From Candidatus Obscuribacterales bacterium (GTDB lineage: Bacteria > Cyanobacteriota > Vampirovibrionia > Obscuribacterales > Obscuribacteraceae): a stretch of DNA of 64,000 bases. The stretch lies in contig JAKFVU010000080.1 in the NCBI GenBank assembly GCA_021732025.1, positions 162,656 through 226,655 on the forward strand, read 5' to 3'. The notes beneath the pieces are model-generated. The model did not search any database, was not told the origin of the DNA, and worked only from the letters and a program-made list of their open reading frames with translations. Each line of letters starts with the position of its first letter. Within the stretch, counting starts at the first letter, position 1. Both the position numbers and the translations under genes were made by a program. Positions 62,369 to 64,000 of this stretch are shown here, piece after piece.

Positions 62369-62408
62369 GCGGTGAGCCACAATCGGGTGGCTCACCGCAT
62401 AATTTTAA
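62369..62408 (+). terminator. Rho-independent terminator ending the 59880->62336 gene string
   Basis: 12-bp perfect stem GCGGTGAGCCAC/GTGGCTCACCGC followed by ATAATTTT. Confidence 0.8.
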
Positions 62409-62444
62409 AAAGTGACCTAATCCTATCTTGTATAGTTGAACTCT

Positions 62445-62482
62445 TGTTTTTAAAACTTCCGAGTGGCCCCATGGCCACTCGG
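62445..62482 (-). terminator. terminator candidate for the minus-strand gene 62528..62845
   Basis: 10-bp perfect stem CCGAGTGGCC/GGCCACTCGG. On the minus strand it is followed by AAGTTTTAAAA. Confidence 0.6.
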
Positions 62483-62527
62483 AATTACCTAATTTAGACT
62501 GTCTCAACTAATGTCGGAAATTGCACT

Positions 62528-62845
62528 TTAGTGAAACAGTGAATGGTAAAGATTGACCTGACTTAAGTCCACGTGATTTCCGATTACTCCATGAGCCGGG
62601 CAGCTCTGGTAGTAGGCGTAGGCCGCAAAATGTTCAGCTTCGCTCCTGAGATCCAATGGCCTATCGGCAATTCGAATCTCCAGATGGCCATTGCTGTCGG
62701 CGATAACTTTGCCGAGTTGAATGCTATCGCTTCCAATAACTGCGGCGGTGCTGTTGAGAATTCGCATGACTTGATCCTTCCATGATCTTTGTTTGATATC
62801 TGTGGTTGACTGAGATTCAGGGTGTAAGTTTTGAATGTGCAGCAA
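62528..62845 (-). CDS. hypothetical protein
   Basis: 105-aa ORF. The likelier start is the internal MRILNSTAAVIGSD... Confidence 0.4.
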   Translation of the reverse strand: MLHIQNLHPESQSTTDIKQRSWKDQVMRILNSTAAVIGSDSIQLGKVIADSNGHLEIRIADRPLDLRSEAEHFAAYAYYQSCPAHGVIGNHVDLSQVNLYHSLFH

Positions 62846-62942
62846 AGCAAGCTATGCTGCATGCGAAAAATAGAGCCGAACATTGCTGCCAGCTGTATGT
62901 TTAGCATGCAGGTAATTTTCAATATCTAACTAGTGCGTTCAT

Positions 62943-63194
62943 TCAGAGCAGGCGTGAGGGGCGACGGCCAGCGTAAATCGGAGTAGCGCGTGTGTCGATG
63001 CCGAAGCCGGAGATGACGACGCCAATTTGTTCAGGCTGCCTCCGTGACATGTATGAGCTGAAGCTTTCCTGAGGCGGTGGCGAAGGTCGCTCGAACTGAA
63101 GCTCCGGGTATTTGTATTCGCGAGTTTCGAGGGCAGTCGAGCGGTCGGAGAAATCGGTTTCGACTTCTTCGCCGAGGCGAATGGTATTGCTCAT
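62943..63194 (-). CDS. hypothetical small protein (83 aa)
   Basis: ATG at 63194 (MSNTIRLGEEVETDF...). The longer ORF reaching 63344 looks non-coding. Confidence 0.4.
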   Translation of the reverse strand: MSNTIRLGEEVETDFSDRSTALETREYKYPELQFERPSPPPQESFSSYMSRRQPEQIGVVISGFGIDTRATPIYAGRRPSRLL

Positions 63195-63446
63195 GGTCTG
63201 TCCTATTCTTTGAGTTATGAGTGAGAAGCTGATTCGGCAGTATAGGCACAACCTTAGTTGCACAAGAAAGTTGACGATAGTGTGGTTCTGCCGAATTAAG
63301 GGTGAAACTTCCAAAAGAAAGAAGTGAATGAAGTAGACTTTCATAGTGGCATCAAGAAGTCACAGATCACAACAATCATTTCGTAAGAGCCGCAATGAAA
63401 ACGTTGCAAATAGCCGACTTAAGCAGCTTCAACAAAACACAGAGCC

Positions 63447-63779
63447 TCGCTAACTCGCGCTAGACATAATGAATTGCGATACTAAATACGATACCAGTAC
63501 GAAGCGGAGAACTCGGTTTTAAAACCCGAGTTCTCCGCTAATGCAGAATAATTTGATGCGTTGAAGTGCTACCTAGTTCGTACCATAACTGAGAGTGCGT
63601 AAAATAGTCGTAAACTGATCAATTTCTTTCTACGTGGCACATGATTTACAAATCCATTACCTGCAAGCCCTTAAGCTGTCGCTATTGAGGAAAAAAACTT
63701 TCGCCTGATAACATTTTGTTATCGGGCCATTACTATTCTACGCCACCACATACGATACCAGGCCTAGCGCGACTAGCGA
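63447..63779. other. ORF-free element of about 330 bp bounded by imperfect 16-17-bp inverted repeats
   Basis: TCGCTAACTCGCGCTAG (63447..63463) pairs with CTAGCGCGACTAGCGA (63764..63779). Inside are direct 12-mers ATACGATACCAG at 63486 and 63750, plus two internal hairpins. Confidence 0.5.
63503..63539. other. 14-bp perfect hairpin (AGCGGAGAACTCGG / CCGAGTTCTCCGCT)
   Basis: Read directly from the sequence. The loop region is TTTTAAAAC. No flanking U-tract on either strand. Confidence 0.9.
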
Positions 63780-64000
63780 AACCTAATTTGGCATTAAAAG
63801 TGCGTTAATACATCATTTGGGCCTGGGAAGCAGAGTAAATATCATTGCTACTAGATGATAAACATGGGCAAGATGGAGTTCTTCTTTTCCACTTCTTTCT
63901 CACCGGTATTAATCAGCGCTCGTCTAAAAAACATTCTTCTAACTCTCAACCTTCATGCGACACCGTCGCGGGTTTAAGACTTGGAAGAATGATTTGCCTG

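Noticed and set aside
1-64000. Mobile genetic elements, prophage, defence islands (RM, CBASS, retron, toxin-antitoxin) and an MglB/Roadblock partner for MglA
   Set aside because: Reading all ORFs of 60 aa or more, I recognised no transposase, integrase, recombinase, reverse-transcriptase, nuclease/helicase, phage structural or Roadblock/LC7-like sequence. This absence is based on motif recall only. It should be confirmed with profile searches.

Overview
The window is 64 kb of bacterial chromosome with about 57 protein-coding genes on both strands. I found no rRNA, tRNA, CRISPR array, transposase, integrase or phage hallmark gene, and I cannot assign a taxon from the sequence alone.

Genes I recognise from motifs:
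- Metabolism: glycogen debranching enzyme, hldC-like adenylyltransferase, methylmalonyl-CoA epimerase, class I aldolase (fbaB), class II fumarase (fumC), pyruvate phosphate dikinase (ppdK) and a NUDIX hydrolase.
- Peptidases and transport: S53, M48 (htpX-like) and M13 peptidases, an ABC-2 exporter pair and a YqhA-family membrane protein.
- Signalling: an MglA-type small GTPase, a soluble PAS histidine kinase with a response regulator, and two tandem Ser/Thr kinases with LRR-like C-terminal regions.

About half of the genes have no family I can name. At least eight are TPR-repeat proteins.

Most noteworthy observations:
1. A PATAN/DUF4388 protein with a degenerate GGDEF domain that keeps its RxxD I-site lies directly upstream of an orphan mglA. 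A separate protein carries three complete MshEN-type 24-5-24 motif pairs fused to TPR. Together they suggest an undescribed c-di-GMP-linked polarity or scaffold module.
2. Two codon-usage classes alternate gene by gene. The strongly C/G-ending genes each cast a long antisense shadow ORF.
3. Inside the GC3-rich block there is a terminator-delimited three-gene operon of unknown function. Elsewhere there is a 675-aa polytopic membrane protein of unknown family.
4. A perfect 40-bp tandem duplication frameshifts the htpX-like gene.
5. Several long ORF-free regions carry repeats: an (AAG)n tract, a 15-bp x5 array, a roughly 330-bp element bounded by inverted repeats, and a recurring CTAGCGCTAG palindrome.

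All family assignments rest on motif recall. No database search was possible.
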